Shown here in pieces: positions 1 to 12,155 of a stretch of 64,000 nt of DNA. Position numbers and translations under genes: made by a program. This DNA is from a virus. The stretch covers positions 64,001 to 128,000 of the IMG/VR virus record IMGVR_UViG_3300030380_006185, one strand, 5' to 3'. Position 1 is the first letter of the stretch. Each line of letters begins with the position of its first letter. The notes below the pieces were generated by a model. That model had not been told where the DNA came from. It saw only the letters and a list, made by a program, of their open reading frames with translations, and ran no database searches.

Positions 1-42
1 TACGGTAACATACGAATTACCTTTTAATAATCCTCTTCCTCT

Positions 43-387
43 GGTAATAAACATTGTAATAAACATTGTAATAAACCTTGTGGTAATCCACGTTTTACCG
101 TGTGTTTCACGTGGTTTTGTATATACTTTTGGAAGTACGTTAAAAGGACGTGTCTGGGCAATGGATGGGTTAGGGTAGTGTTAAAACTATCCCCAACACA
201 TTGTAATACACTTTCCACACACTATATAATATTCTTGTAATAATCATTTTCTTTGGTAATAATCGTTTTCCACACCTTATCATTCATTCCACACATTGGT
301 AATTCACTTTCCGTGGTAATCAACGATTTTTGGTAATAATCATTGTAATAGATGTTTTGGTAATAATCATTGGTAATCCACGTTTTA
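43..387. repeat. Cluster of short direct repeats (13 x GTAAT core; 17- and 18-bp exact repeats)
   Basis: GTAAT at 44,56,68,83,203,237,256,299,316,333,345,360,373; TGGTAATCCACGTTTTA at 81 and 371; TTTTGGTAATAATCATTG at 328 and 355; AAACATTGTAAT tandem at 49 and 61. Confidence 0.8.
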
Positions 388-1180
388 TTTTGTTTATTCT
401 TCATCAATTCTCAATGTTGAACCAATTATGTTTTTCAGTGTATCCTCACATTCCTTTTTAAATGCACGTAACGATTCATCTATGTTTTCTCTTGTTACCT
501 CATTTGATCCATACTCGTTTTGATACTTAATGTGTTCAATCAAGTCATATAATGGTGCTGCTTCCCTATGGTAATTCACGTCCTCAAAACTATCTAGTAA
601 TTTCTCTAAATTATTTACACTCGTAGTTACCCCTGCTAATAACCCACAATTCAGCATTCCCTCATAATCAAAGTTTAAACTAAATGTATCACCTAATTTG
701 TATGTTTCTTTTTTCTGGGTATTTTCCTTCACGTACCACTCTCCGTTTATGTTTATTCTATGTTCCATTTTATTTATTTTTCCTTTTTATATCACTAATA
801 AAATTTTCTATGTACACTCCTACTCCTATAATACCTAAAACTATTACTAAACCAAGAGAAAAAACCATGAAATACATTAATATCCTAAGTAATAACATTT
901 CCATTATATTAAATTTTCTAATTCATCAATTTTATCACTTATTACCTGCATCTTTCTAGTAATTTTTTCTAATTCACGTTCTTTTTTATGAATAGCATCT
1001 GCATATTGATCACATATATGTCCACCCTCTGGTTCTGCATCTTCCTCCATTTCCCTATGTAATTGTTTTAACTCCTCTATAATACATTTTTGGTCATGTT
1101 CTAAATCCATGTGATCCATCCCTAAATTTAATTTTGCATCTAAAATATCTGTAATCTTCATAATTTTTCTCTTTATTTAT

Positions 1181-1219
1181 ACTATAATATACGAACTTCT
1201 AGTTAATTAAACTATTCCT
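1181..1219 (-). promoter_or_regulatory. Bipartite early promoter (representative copy of about 15): AGGAATA-N~17-TT(C/T)GTATATTAYAG
   Basis: Near-identical copies upstream of genes at ~1367,1719,3728,4929,5349,6159,7052,8005,8938,9924,11355,11606,11869,15428; 1721-1757 and 3730-3766 are identical over 37 bp. Confidence 0.8.
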
Positions 1220-1222
1220 TAT

Positions 1223-1363
1223 CTATTTTTTCCAAATTAACTTCCTATTAAACGAACTTATCATTACCTTATCTTTATTCCTTTGATAATAACTTTCAAA
1301 ACTTATATTTAGTTTTTCCTTAATGTAGTAAGGCCATAATTTCTTTTTTATCTCTTTTTTCAT
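1223..1363 (-). CDS. Small hypothetical protein (46 aa), not in ORF track; candidate leaderless gene
   Basis: Manual translation MKKEIKKKLWPYY...WKK*; ATG 4 nt after TATATTAC box. Confidence 0.55.
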   Translation of the reverse strand: MKKEIKKKLWPYYIKEKLNISFESYYQRNKDKVMISSFNRKLIWKK

Positions 1364-1755
1364 ACATGTAATATACGAACTTCTAGTAAATTAAACTATT
1401 CCCCTAGTATATACGTATTCGTTTGCTGGGTAGTATATAGTAAAAAGCTAGATCTCGTATTGTCCAACTATTTCATTTAGTAGCTCCTCCATTTCTAGCT
1501 CATCATCATGACATTGTTTTGAATTGTCACTATATCCACATAATGTGTGTCTTGACATGTGATATTCTATTATATTTCTTCCATTTACTAATTGCATTCT
1601 ACCATATCCATCACTATCAATATCGTATTGTGGAAATTTTTCGTTTACTACTTCGTAGAATCTACTTCTAATTTCTCTATGTATTTCTTTTTTTGTCATA
1701 ATTTCTCTCTCTAAATATAGTATAATATACGAACTTTTTTTCTAGAAAAATATTC

Positions 1756-2463
1756 CTACTTTTTTAAGAGTTTATATGTTTCTTTCCAATCATTAACTTG
1801 AAATACTTTATGTTTATCTCCCTTTAATACTTTAGCTAAGTCATAATCATTACCTCCAATTTCAGTTTTATCACCGTAGAAGTGAATATTAACATCTTCA
1901 TTTAGGTAATTTAATATCCAATCTTTAGCTTGGCCTTTACTAGCTCCTTTGGGATATATGTCTATTGAAATTTGTCCCCCAACTGAAACTTCTAGTTCTG
2001 GGAATGTGTTCATGATTTTTTCAACCATTTGAATTCTTTCATTAGAATTTTTATCCCATTCATAATAAGCTTCTCTTTCTTCTTGGGTACAATCCCTTCC
2101 AATAACAGAAAAATTTAATAATCCTACTCTTTCTTCAATGTGGTTTGAAGTTCTTTTTTCATAACTAGAACTAACTAGAAACCCTTCTAATAGTTTAATC
2201 AGTTGTGAATTAGGTTTCCATTCATTTTTGTAAATTTCATCCCCATTAACAAATATTTGATTACCACATGATTGGAGTGAGGCTGTTACATTTTTCCATA
2301 TATTTAATCCTACTTGTTCAATAGTTTTATCACTGTTGGAACCTGTTACAAAAAACACCTTTTTTCCTTTCATCCACTCACTAAAAAACTTTTCAAATTC
2401 TTTATCAATTGGTAATCTACTAGGTGTTAAAGTTCCATCTACATCAAATACGTAAGCTATCAT
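1756..2463 (-). CDS. Phosphomannomutase, eukaryote-type HAD-IIB family
   Basis: FDVDGTLT, VTGS, IEER-G-LNFS-IGR, GGQISIDI-PKG and FYGDKT-GGNDY motifs typical of PMM. Confidence 0.85.
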   Translation of the reverse strand: MIAYVFDVDGTLTPSRLPIDKEFEKFFSEWMKGKKVFFVTGSNSDKTIEQVGLNIWKNVTASLQSCGNQIFVNGDEIYKNEWKPNSQLIKLLEGFLVSSSYEKRTSNHIEERVGLLNFSVIGRDCTQEEREAYYEWDKNSNERIQMVEKIMNTFPELEVSVGGQISIDIYPKGASKGQAKDWILNYLNEDVNIHFYGDKTEIGGNDYDLAKVLKGDKHKVFQVNDWKETYKLLKK

Positions 2464-3176
2464 ATTTTTATTTTTATCTGCTTATTACTTTTTCAACCTT
2501 AATAGTTCCCGTGTTAATCATGTTTTTTACTCCAATCCAATCACCTTCATCTGCTATCCATTCTATTTCAAATGGTTTAAACTCGAATTGGAAATTACTT
2601 AAAGCAAATCCCATCCCACTCATTTTAAACTCATCATTATCATTCTTTCTGAATCGTAGTGTGTATTTATTATCACACATACAACTCACTACATAGAATA
2701 TTACTTCTTTAGCATTTTCCTTAACTGTTTTACCATTCATATAAAATGGGTTTTGTAATAACTCTTGATATTTACTCATAACTTTCTTTATTTACTATTT
2801 GAATTTATAAACATTTTTTTAACATCAAATTCTTCCTTTTTAGAAACAATTCCTTTAACAGCTTCATCTACTAACTCTTCAACATTAACTCCTAATTCTA
2901 GCATTTGCTTTTTAAATCCTCTATATGCTTCATATCCTGTATCAATGGGCATTCCTAAAAATTTAACATCATAGATATCAATAAATTCCGTATCTATCCC
3001 AACTGATCCATCTTTTTTATCATAGGCAATTATTTGATGCTCTACAGTTGCTTCTATTGCATCGTTTTTTCCAATTTTAATTTCATTAACAACTGTTACT
3101 AATAATGTTTTACTTCTAATTTTCATAACTTTTTTCCTTTTTTTCTCTATTTATACTATAATATACAAAAGAGCTT

Positions 3177-3707
3177 TTAATTAAGCTCTTCCTCTATTTT
3201 AAATGCTGATTCAACAGGTCGTCTATAACCACCAAACTGCATATCACCATTATCAAATATTACACCACCTTTACATACTAAGGCATGTTTATTAACTAGC
3301 AATATATAAGTTCCTTTTCTAAATCGTTGCATAAATGTTTTAACTGTATATGCTACTTTTTTATGTGTATAGTCCTTATTAATTAATCGTCCACCTGTTT
3401 TAGGTGTATCACCAATGTGTTTTACTTTAATTCGTTTTCCACCATTATCACTAAATAAACTTAATTGTCCTTCAGGTTGGAATTCAATAACTTCATTTTG
3501 TAAATCTTTCATTCTAAGATTACACATTTTAGTTCCTTTACCGTTTTTTCTATTAAATCGTTCCGCTACAAATTCATGTGCTGCTTCATAACTAACATCA
3601 AATGCATTAGAACAAGCCCTAACAAAACAATCATTTTTTTCACCACCTGCTAGTTTTGATTTACTTGTAACATCATAACCGCTTTTAAATACTTTTTCAC
3701 TTAACAT
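3177..3707 (-). CDS. Hypothetical protein, possible papain-like Cys/His peptidase fold
   Basis: NDCFVRA N-terminal Cys helix and later HAL...FD strand; weak pattern only. Confidence 0.35.
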   Translation of the reverse strand: MLSEKVFKSGYDVTSKSKLAGGEKNDCFVRACSNAFDVSYEAAHEFVAERFNRKNGKGTKMCNLRMKDLQNEVIEFQPEGQLSLFSDNGGKRIKVKHIGDTPKTGGRLINKDYTHKKVAYTVKTFMQRFRKGTYILLVNKHALVCKGGVIFDNGDMQFGGYRRPVESAFKIEEELN

Positions 3708-6700
3708 AACTTTCTTTTTTTAAATATACTATAATATACGAACTTTTTTTCTAGAAAAATATTCCTTAATCAAATTCAAATAAATCAATTATATTTTCTT
3801 CTGTTAATTGTGTTTTTTCATGAAAATCCTCATCATACATTTCAAAATCTTCATAATCATCTATTCCATTAACTGTAACTTCACCCTTACATTCTATTCC
3901 ATCACAATCAACGTAAATAAATCTCATACTAACGTTGTGAACATACTTATCTTCTAGTAATTCTTTAATATCATCCCCAATAGCCCTATCAGGTACTTCA
4001 GGTGTTTGATAATAGATTGATCTATGTCCCACACACAAATCAGTTATATATAAATTATTCTTCTCCATTTTTATGTTTCTTTTTTCTAGTATACTTCTTT
4101 TTATTCTTTTGAATACTTGGACGCGTTGCGTCATTAATTTCTTTCTGTGTTACTTTAATCTGTTTCACCTTCTAGTATTGTTACATCAGCATATTTTATT
4201 TTGCCTACTGTTTTTTTACCTAACATATCATAAGTGTATAACGTAACACAAGTAGGACCAAACTTAGTTACATTCATTCCATCTGAAAAACCTTTAAATA
4301 TTGCACCCGTTCCACGTTTCCCTTCACTACCATGTGTTCTAAACTTAGTTGGGTAATCACCATATTTACCATCAGGTCCTTCTTGATAATCTTTATGTCC
4401 TTTAACGTTGAATACTACTTTTTTAAATTGTAACTGTTCTTTAATTTCCTTAATTGTCATAACCTTTTTAATTTTGATGTAATATACGAAAAAGATTAAT
4501 ATAAATCTATTCCTCTCTCAACTCTCAAATTACCTATTAATTTGTGCTGGTAGTTGATTATTTCACCATACAATTCATTAACTAGTTCTTCATCAACCTC
4601 CATGATTGATGGTTCAAATTGGTTAAATACATTATCCACATCTAATAATGCTGTCATGGTACTACCACTACTTACATTTGGGAGATCATTCTCAAATTGT
4701 CCCTCTAGCCATTCTAAATACCAATCCTTTTGTATGAATAGACTTTTTTCTATTTCTACCTTAACACAATCTAGGAATTGTATTTTAGCTATCTTTTCAT
4801 ATCCCTTCTTTGCACTAAGGTTTTGATATGTGTACCAATGTTGAGCTATTTCAAATGAAATATCTATTTCATTTTCTATTATTGTTTTAAATAAATCCTT
4901 TGCTTTCATAATTTTTTTCTTTATTTATACTGAAATATACGAAAATATAGTTATATCTTCTATTCCCTAATTTAAACTTCTAGCCCAAATCACTCTAGCT
5001 ATTTTAAAATCAGATAATAAATTTAATTTCAACCCGTAACATTTAGCAATGTGCTTAATGTGTGGAAGTGCTTCTGTTAATTTTATTTTATTGTTCATTT
5101 CTTCTTTCCTCAAGATTTTTATTTACTGCTGTAATTTGTTCAATTGCTGTTTCTAATAGATTTTTAAAACAACCTGCTTCATATGTGTTTCTATCTCTCC
5201 AATCTAATTTTTCTGATTCTTCTTGTATTTCTTTGAATCGCTTTGGGAGATAATCAGCATATAATTGTATTTGTCTTTCTACAAAGCTATCTCTTTGTAT
5301 TCTTGCTAATTCTTTACTAAATTCCTTTGTCATAACCTTTTTTATTTAATATAATATACGAAATTAAGTTTAATAACCTTATTCCTCTTTAATATAATGT
5401 TTTATCTTTCTTAAATATTCTAGTGCTTTTTCTTCATCTACCCAGTATGCACTTTCACCTGGGGTTGAATTTGAAAATCCTTTAGTAACATGACTTAATC
5501 TTTCCTCTTTAATTTCACAAGAATCAGGATAGAAACTAACTTTTACTACATTAGCCTCAATTCTATAATGTACTTCTGGATCTTCTGGGAATTCTAATTT
5601 TAGTTGCATACTTATTCCTTAGTGAACATTAAGAATTTAATCTGATCAAAGTCATCTAAATAGTTTATTTCAATTTTATGCCCTTTATATACCCCTAAAT
5701 CTTCAGCGTATTCAATAAACGACATTCTATCTTCGGGGTGTGCTTTGGATTGCCATTTATTCCAATCCTCTCTTAATTTAACTTCTAATTCAATATTTTT
5801 ACTCATCATCTTGTTCTTTATTAAATTCATCAATTTGATCTGCTATTTGCATTAATCTTTCTGATGCGAAATTTTGTCCTTCATAGTTACCATCTCGTAA
5901 CAATAGAATAAGTGATGACATTTCTTCTCTCATTCCAAATTCCATTTTGAATGTTATTGTTTCTGCTTCTTTATTCATAACTTTTATTTACTTCTAATTG
6001 ACGTTCTACAAAATAATTTAAACTTTCTAGTGATTTTTTTATATTTTCACTATTATACTCAGACGGTGCTGCGTTTAATGCTTCGTGTAAGCGATTTGAG
6101 TGAAATACAATTTTTCTCTTATAACCTTTTTCTCTTTTCATAACTTTTCTTTAAATATACTGTAATATACGAAAATAATTTTATTCATCCTCTTCCTGAG
6201 TTAACCAAGATTGGAAAGTTATATTATCTAATTCTAAAATTTCTAGAAGCATATCACCTATTTCATTCATTGTTTGTTCTTTTGTTCTAATTAATGATTG
6301 TTCTAAATGACCTGTAGAATTATAATCAACATATTCTTTATGGTCTTTAAGTGTTTCTGCGAAATATTTTAATCGTCGTTTTAATTCTTTCATTTTTCAC
6401 ATTTTATTGAATCCTCTTTAGTAGGTTCTGAGTTTCTTAATCCACATTTGGTACATTCAACTGTACCATCTTTGTCTATTTGTTTATATGTGTGTTTCAT
6501 TGTTGTTTTGCTTTTAATATTGCTAAATATAATCCATAATCAAAATTGTCCCAATGTTCAATCCAGTCAATTACATTTGTTGCATTTCTTTTCATCTTAC
6601 CAACCTTTTTTATATTTTTCTAGAAATTCTTCTGTGTATAAATTACTAGCTCCGTTTCCTAAAACATCTTCCCACCAACGGATACCCATTTGTAAACGTG

Positions 6701-7095
6701 GTACTGCAAATTTACCTACATCATCATCTGCAATATAGAAAAATATATCATTTCTACCACCTGTTTCAGTACACTCTGGTGTGTCAGGTAATGTTTTTAC
6801 TTGTGTTTCAAATTTAACGGTAACATCCATTTGTTCTTTAAAGAAATTTTCTAATTCTTTAGCCCCGCCATCTGGCATGATTGTGCCTTGTAGTACACAT
6901 AATTGATTAAATTCACTCATAACTTTTATTTTAATAATTTTTGATGAAATCTAGTAAATCTTCTATAAACATTTCTCTCCCAGTTGGGCTTAGTTTTTTT
7001 AACTTATATTTGATTTTTATAAATACTTCTTTCATAACCTTTATTTTTATAATTGTAATATACAAAAAATATTTTATAACCTTTATTCCTAAATT

Positions 7096-7132
7096 AAAAA
7101 CCACCTAGGGCTCGTTTTGAGCCCCTTGGTGG
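7096..7132 (-). terminator. Rho-independent terminator
   Basis: CCACC..GGGCTC-AAAAC-GAGCCC..GGTGG stem followed by TTTTT on minus strand, just after 7144 stop. Confidence 0.75.
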
Positions 7133-7143
7133 AAAAGAATCGG

Positions 7144-7974
7144 TTATGAAGCGATTTCTTGTGGTACCAACTCATTTGCCATTGCAAATAATTTCTTGTT
7201 GATATCCATGTCTTGTTTAAAGTTTTTAACTTCTCGTGCTTTACGTGATCTAGCACCTGATAGGTATGAAAAATCACCTGTAATAATTTTTTCCTGTATT
7301 ACATTAAATACACTCCATAAATCATTACCTTTATCTTCATCACGAACTGGGTTGATTATTTCATCTAAATTAATTTTTGCTACTTTCAATTGATCCTCAG
7401 TGAATCGAGTTGTAAGTGATTTTTGAGCTAATTCTTTCATTTGCTTTTTATCTAACTCAATTGCTTTCATTTTATTCATTGAATCAACTGTTAGTGGTAA
7501 TTGCTCTACCATTTCTTTAATTTGCACTTGCAAATCCTCAAATGTATAACCCATGTGACGCATTTTAACATCATTGAATTTTTTATCAGCAATAACTAAT
7601 CCATTTGAACATACTAGTCGAAATAAACCAGCTGTAAATGTAAATGCATTTTTACCATCATGACTATTTGTCAATAGGATTTGTGGAAATACTGTATCTC
7701 CATCTGCACCATTAATAACAACATCAGGATTTCGAAACGTTAATAGGTGTTTCTGGAATCCCTTAGTGGTATTCTTACGTGCTTTAACTTGTTGGGCATC
7801 TACTACTCCCCAACCTAATTTGCTCATATCTTCTAGCACTTGTGCTGTTGGGATATGTGTGTAATGTTTTGAAACATTAGAGGCAGGCGTTTCAGTAAAC
7901 ACTGCTGGTGCTATCTCTCTAATTTCATCATTACTTAAAAACTTTAACTCTTTTGAATTTTGATCTGTAAACAT
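7144..7974 (-). CDS. DUF932-family phage/plasmid protein
   Basis: IAPAVF..SKHYTHIPT, H-LTFR, ILLTNSHDG, AGLFRLVCSNG and LWSVFNVIQE motifs. Confidence 0.85.
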   Translation of the reverse strand: MFTDQNSKELKFLSNDEIREIAPAVFTETPASNVSKHYTHIPTAQVLEDMSKLGWGVVDAQQVKARKNTTKGFQKHLLTFRNPDVVINGADGDTVFPQILLTNSHDGKNAFTFTAGLFRLVCSNGLVIADKKFNDVKMRHMGYTFEDLQVQIKEMVEQLPLTVDSMNKMKAIELDKKQMKELAQKSLTTRFTEDQLKVAKINLDEIINPVRDEDKGNDLWSVFNVIQEKIITGDFSYLSGARSRKAREVKNFKQDMDINKKLFAMANELVPQEIAS

Positions 7975-8064
7975 AACTTTTATTTTATTTTTTTTTAAAT
8001 TTATACTGTATTATACGAAAAATCTCCTGTAAAGCCAATTCCTCTTGTACAGGAGAAACTATAT

Positions 8065-8142
8065 TTAACCTTCTCTCCCACAATCAGGGCATATTTCATC
8101 TCCATATAACTCTGTTTCGTGGCAATTTTTACATTCATTCAT
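8065..8142 (-). CDS. 25-aa CPxCG-type zinc-ribbon microprotein, not in ORF track
   Basis: MNECKNCHETELYGDEICPDCGREG*; starts 6 nt after stop of 8149 gene. Confidence 0.6.
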   Translation of the reverse strand: MNECKNCHETELYGDEICPDCGREG

Positions 8143-8382
8143 AACTTATTATTTTATTGCAACTGTTCTCCAATATTTAGCATTTGGGTCTGTGTTTTCA
8201 ACTTCTCTCTTAACATCACCTATTGTGTGAACACCTTGTGCTGTGTTATCTAATGGAATTACTGGTGTATCATCTGGTAGTAAGTGGGCTAGAGCGTTTA
8301 TAAATCTCATCCCATTGCTTCGAAATGCTACTTCAACATAATCATCTTTTACTTTTACTCCGAATGTTGTACTCATAATTTA

Positions 8383-8919
8383 TTATTTTAATTTTCTAGC
8401 TTCTCTTATTGCTCCTTCTAAATAGTGAAAAACCCCACCTTGATGAAGTTCAGCATGATATTCATCATATAACCCATCTATTTTTTCTATAAACTCCTCA
8501 ATTCGTTTTGGTTTATTTAGTTGAAATTGGTTTCTTTTTTCCTCTTCACTTTTTTCATTATAAAATGTAATATGAAAACAATATGAAAAACTTTCATTGT
8601 AATCATTATTATTAGCCATTTCTTGAAGTTTTGCTACTGTAATATTTTCATAGAATTCTTTTCCTCTACCTACAACCTCACTTCGTAAATCCCCCCAACT
8701 ATCTTCACTAACATCTATACCTGGGTTTCCTAGCCAGTCATCATGGAATCGTTGACCTAATTCATTTACTTTGCTGCGAACAAACACATCAAGTTGTTTT
8801 ATTTCTGAGGGGGTGAAATTATCTATTAATTGTTGTTCAATTCTTCTATAATTACCATCTCTAGACCATTCTAGCTCTTTAATTTGTTGCCAATACTTAT
8901 CTTCTAACCATCTTCTCAT
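8383..8919 (-). CDS. DUF4240-like protein
   Basis: YWQQI start, VSEDSWGDLRSEVVGRGKEFYE and ESFSY resemble DUF4240 pattern. Confidence 0.55.
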   Translation of the reverse strand: MRRWLEDKYWQQIKELEWSRDGNYRRIEQQLIDNFTPSEIKQLDVFVRSKVNELGQRFHDDWLGNPGIDVSEDSWGDLRSEVVGRGKEFYENITVAKLQEMANNNDYNESFSYCFHITFYNEKSEEEKRNQFQLNKPKRIEEFIEKIDGLYDEYHAELHQGGVFHYLEGAIREARKLK

Positions 8920-10302
8920 AATTCTTATTTTTTTATAATTGTAATATACAAAAACCTTATTTAAAATTCTATTCCTCTAATGGAGTCATTGTAACAGCCA
9001 AATGAGTAGGTAAATAAAATACTTCACCAGCACACATATTATATTTAGGCCATTTATCATATTCTAGTATTTCATAATATGCTTTGTCACCTTCATAATA
9101 TAATAATCTAGCTTTTGTAGTTGGGGAAATATTTGTTGAAAATTTCCTTCCTATAACATTATCTAGTTTATCAATTACTACTTCTCTAGGTGTTATTCCT
9201 CTTCTTTGATCTGGGTAGCAATTACTCATCTTTCTAGTATTACAAATGAACCAAAATGATCATCAAACACTTCTAGTAGATTTTCATAATCTCCTGATGT
9301 CATTAATTCTAGGAGTTGATCTTGATCTTCTTTTGAATATCCTAACTGTCTAGCAAATCGTCTTGCATAACCCATTAATACAAATGCATTACCATCTGGA
9401 CCAGTTAGGTCAATTATTACTTTTCTTTGTGGTTGTTTTTTTCTTATCATTTTTTTCTTCTTTTTCTTATATATTTAATGACCCATCCAGTTAACATGAA
9501 TGTAGCAAATACCCAACTTATTACTAATAATGTAGTCATTTTTTATTTTAATTTAAATATTAACTTTGATGTTGGATAGTACATAACATCCCCAATCTTT
9601 AAATTGGATTTAAAGGGTACATCACCTAATCGTGTAATTACTACCTCTATACCATCATCAAAAACATCTTTCACAATACCTATCTTTTCCTGAGAATCAC
9701 CAGGGAATAATTCAATAGTTTTACCAATATACTTTTTCATAACTTATTTTTTTATTTTTTTTAATTTAAAATTGTATGGATTTGTAACTCATTTAATTTA
9801 CTAATAAAGTTAGGTTTTGATGTATGCCACCTTTTACCATGTATACTAATAGCATATTGTTTAATTTGTATCTTTTCATGCATTGATAACTGGTTATACT
9901 TTTTCATAACTTATTTTTTTATAATTATAATATACAAAAACTTTATTTAAAATTCTATTCCTTAATTAAAGATTTTCTGAATAAAATGCTTTATGTGCTG
10001 CTTCTTCTAGATCAAAATCATCATCTTCATATGATTCCCAATCATCAATTATTTCTTCTTCAACATCATCCTCATCTTTATATTCAGGTAATAATCCTAT
10101 TTTTTCTACAACCCACCATACTCTATCTTTGTACATATTAATAGATGTTCCATCTATATCAGTTATACCTTTATCTGTTAATTGAGCTAGATGTGCTATT
10201 AAATCACAGGTTAAATGGTCTAGTTCTTCTAAATCGTAATTATCTTCTTTTGATTTGGTTTTGATTGTTAACCACTTTTTTTCTATAATATTTTTTTCTT
10301 TT

Positions 10303-10512
10303 TTAGCCATTTTCACTATATTTTTTTAAATAATCTCTAATTTCTGCTGCTAGTTCATATTCTTCATCACTTACAGCATGTTCTTCCATATCTTTTAAGA
10401 GTAAATCCCAATTCCCCCCGAACTCTATCTTTAATAAACGATTTATTAAATGTTTTGATTCGAGGGATAGGTTACTTGCCTCTATAATTGGGTCTAATTT
10501 CATATTATTCAC
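10303..10512 (-). CDS. Small protein with UvrB/UvrC (UVR) motif
   Basis: MEEHAVSDEEYELAAEIRD. Confidence 0.6.
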   Translation of the reverse strand: MNNMKLDPIIEASNLSLESKHLINRLLKIEFGGNWDLLLKDMEEHAVSDEEYELAAEIRDYLKKYSENG

Positions 10513-11326
10513 TTACAATTACTGAATATTCAATTTTATTGTTTGTTAGGAAGAAATTCATTCTATCCTCAGCTCTACCATTACGGTTTTTCTGAAATGA
10601 CATATAAGCACCACCACCATCACGATCAGATTCACGTCGCATTTCAAGCAATGCATCAGTCATGTGCTTTAATTTATTTGAACCTACAAACTCACCTGAT
10701 TTAGTAACTTGTTGAATTAATAGGAATGAAGTATATTTATCTTCCTTATTTTCACCTTTGTTATTTCTAACACAAGTTTCAACTAACCATCCTTCAGCGG
10801 TTTTTCTATCCCAACCATTGTCATCACGAACACCTTCAATCACTTCAGCAATTGAATCAATTAATACTAAATCATAACCACGATCTAATGATTGCTCAAT
10901 AACATCTTTCATATTAAAACTCATGAAATCAGATGTAAATAATGTATCAACTAATCCAAATTGAGGAAAACGTTTTGTATATTTAAACATTTGTTTTCTA
11001 CCCATTTCAGCAGAAATAAATAAACATTTTCTACCTTTATTTTGAACAGCAGCAACCAAATCTAACATAATTGATGTTTTACCTACACCTGGGTCACCTA
11101 TTGCCATTATGTTTGATGCACATGGTATACCACCTTCAAATGAAAATAGTTGATCTACATTACGTAAACCTGTTCTCATTGATTCTAACATTTTAGGATC
11201 AATATCTAATTTATTTAATTTTGTAATTTGGTCAAAATCAATTAATGATGGGACCGGGGTCAAATTTTGAACTTTTCTTGGACGACCTCTTTTACCTGTT
11301 TTAACAACTCTTTGTGTAACTTTCAT
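10505..11326 (-). CDS. RadA/Sms-like RecA-family ATPase with N-terminal AT-hook-like motif
   Basis: Walker A GDPGVGKT, Walker B VLIDS, QVTKSGEFVGSNKLKHMTD and KNRNG (cf. RadA KNRFG); KRGRPRK. Confidence 0.8.
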   Translation of the reverse strand: MKVTQRVVKTGKRGRPRKVQNLTPVPSLIDFDQITKLNKLDIDPKMLESMRTGLRNVDQLFSFEGGIPCASNIMAIGDPGVGKTSIMLDLVAAVQNKGRKCLFISAEMGRKQMFKYTKRFPQFGLVDTLFTSDFMSFNMKDVIEQSLDRGYDLVLIDSIAEVIEGVRDDNGWDRKTAEGWLVETCVRNNKGENKEDKYTSFLLIQQVTKSGEFVGSNKLKHMTDALLEMRRESDRDGGGAYMSFQKNRNGRAEDRMNFFLTNNKIEYSVIVSE

Positions 11327-11912
11327 AACTTATTTTATTTTTTTTAAATTTATACTATATTATACGAACTCTTATTTTAAAACTCTATTCCTTAATTAAA
11401 AATTTATTTGTTTTCATAAAAATTTGGATGCTGTGGCCAAGTTGGGTTTTGTTTATGGTCATAATATATTCCAATAGCTAGAATTGTATTTAACCAAAAG
11501 AAAATAAAATATTTTCCAAAATGTCCTTTTATATACCATACTAAAAATACATACGCTAGATAAAATGTAAATAAGCCTCCTAACAATTCTCCTAATTTTT
11601 TCATACCTCAAATATACAAAACTAATTTTTAAAACTCTATTCCTTTAAAGATAACTTTTTTCTAATTTAAATAAAGTCCCACGTTGGATCATTTCAACTT
11701 GACGTTGGTTTTCTAATGGTTTAGCATCATCAATATTATCGCTAAATGCAGGTAAACCATGTTTAAGACCACAAAAAACCTGGCAGTATTCATTTAATAC
11801 AATGAATTTTTTGACAGGTTTTTCAATTTCTTTTTTATTTAAAACTAATTTCATTCTTTTTTATTTGAATGAAATATACAAAAATAAAATTTAAAAAAAT
11901 ATTCCTCTATTA

Positions 11913-12155
11913 TTAAAAGAAAAAATGTTTTAGCCAAGCTGTTAACCCATTTACATTAAGAATAACTAAATTCCACTGTTTTCGTACTGCAACTTGTACC
12001 AACACACAAATAAACCCCATAATATACAACGCAGGCTCAACAGTCCATTGAGCTGCAATTAAAAATCCTGTTCCCATATATCCTATTCTAGTAGCTAATC
12101 TTTCTGTTGGGGTTAATTTTCTATCTCTAACTAATGATTTAAACAGTTGTTTCAT
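11913..12155 (-). CDS. Small membrane protein
   Basis: Three hydrophobic segments. Confidence 0.6.
   Translation of the reverse strand: MKQLFKSLVRDRKLTPTERLATRIGYMGTGFLIAAQWTVEPALYIMGFICVLVQVAVRKQWNLVILNVNGLTAWLKHFFF

Noticed and set aside
24-407. ORFs 24-218 and 222-407 as real genes
   Set aside because: Translations are dominated by the GTAAT repeats; not supportable without homologues
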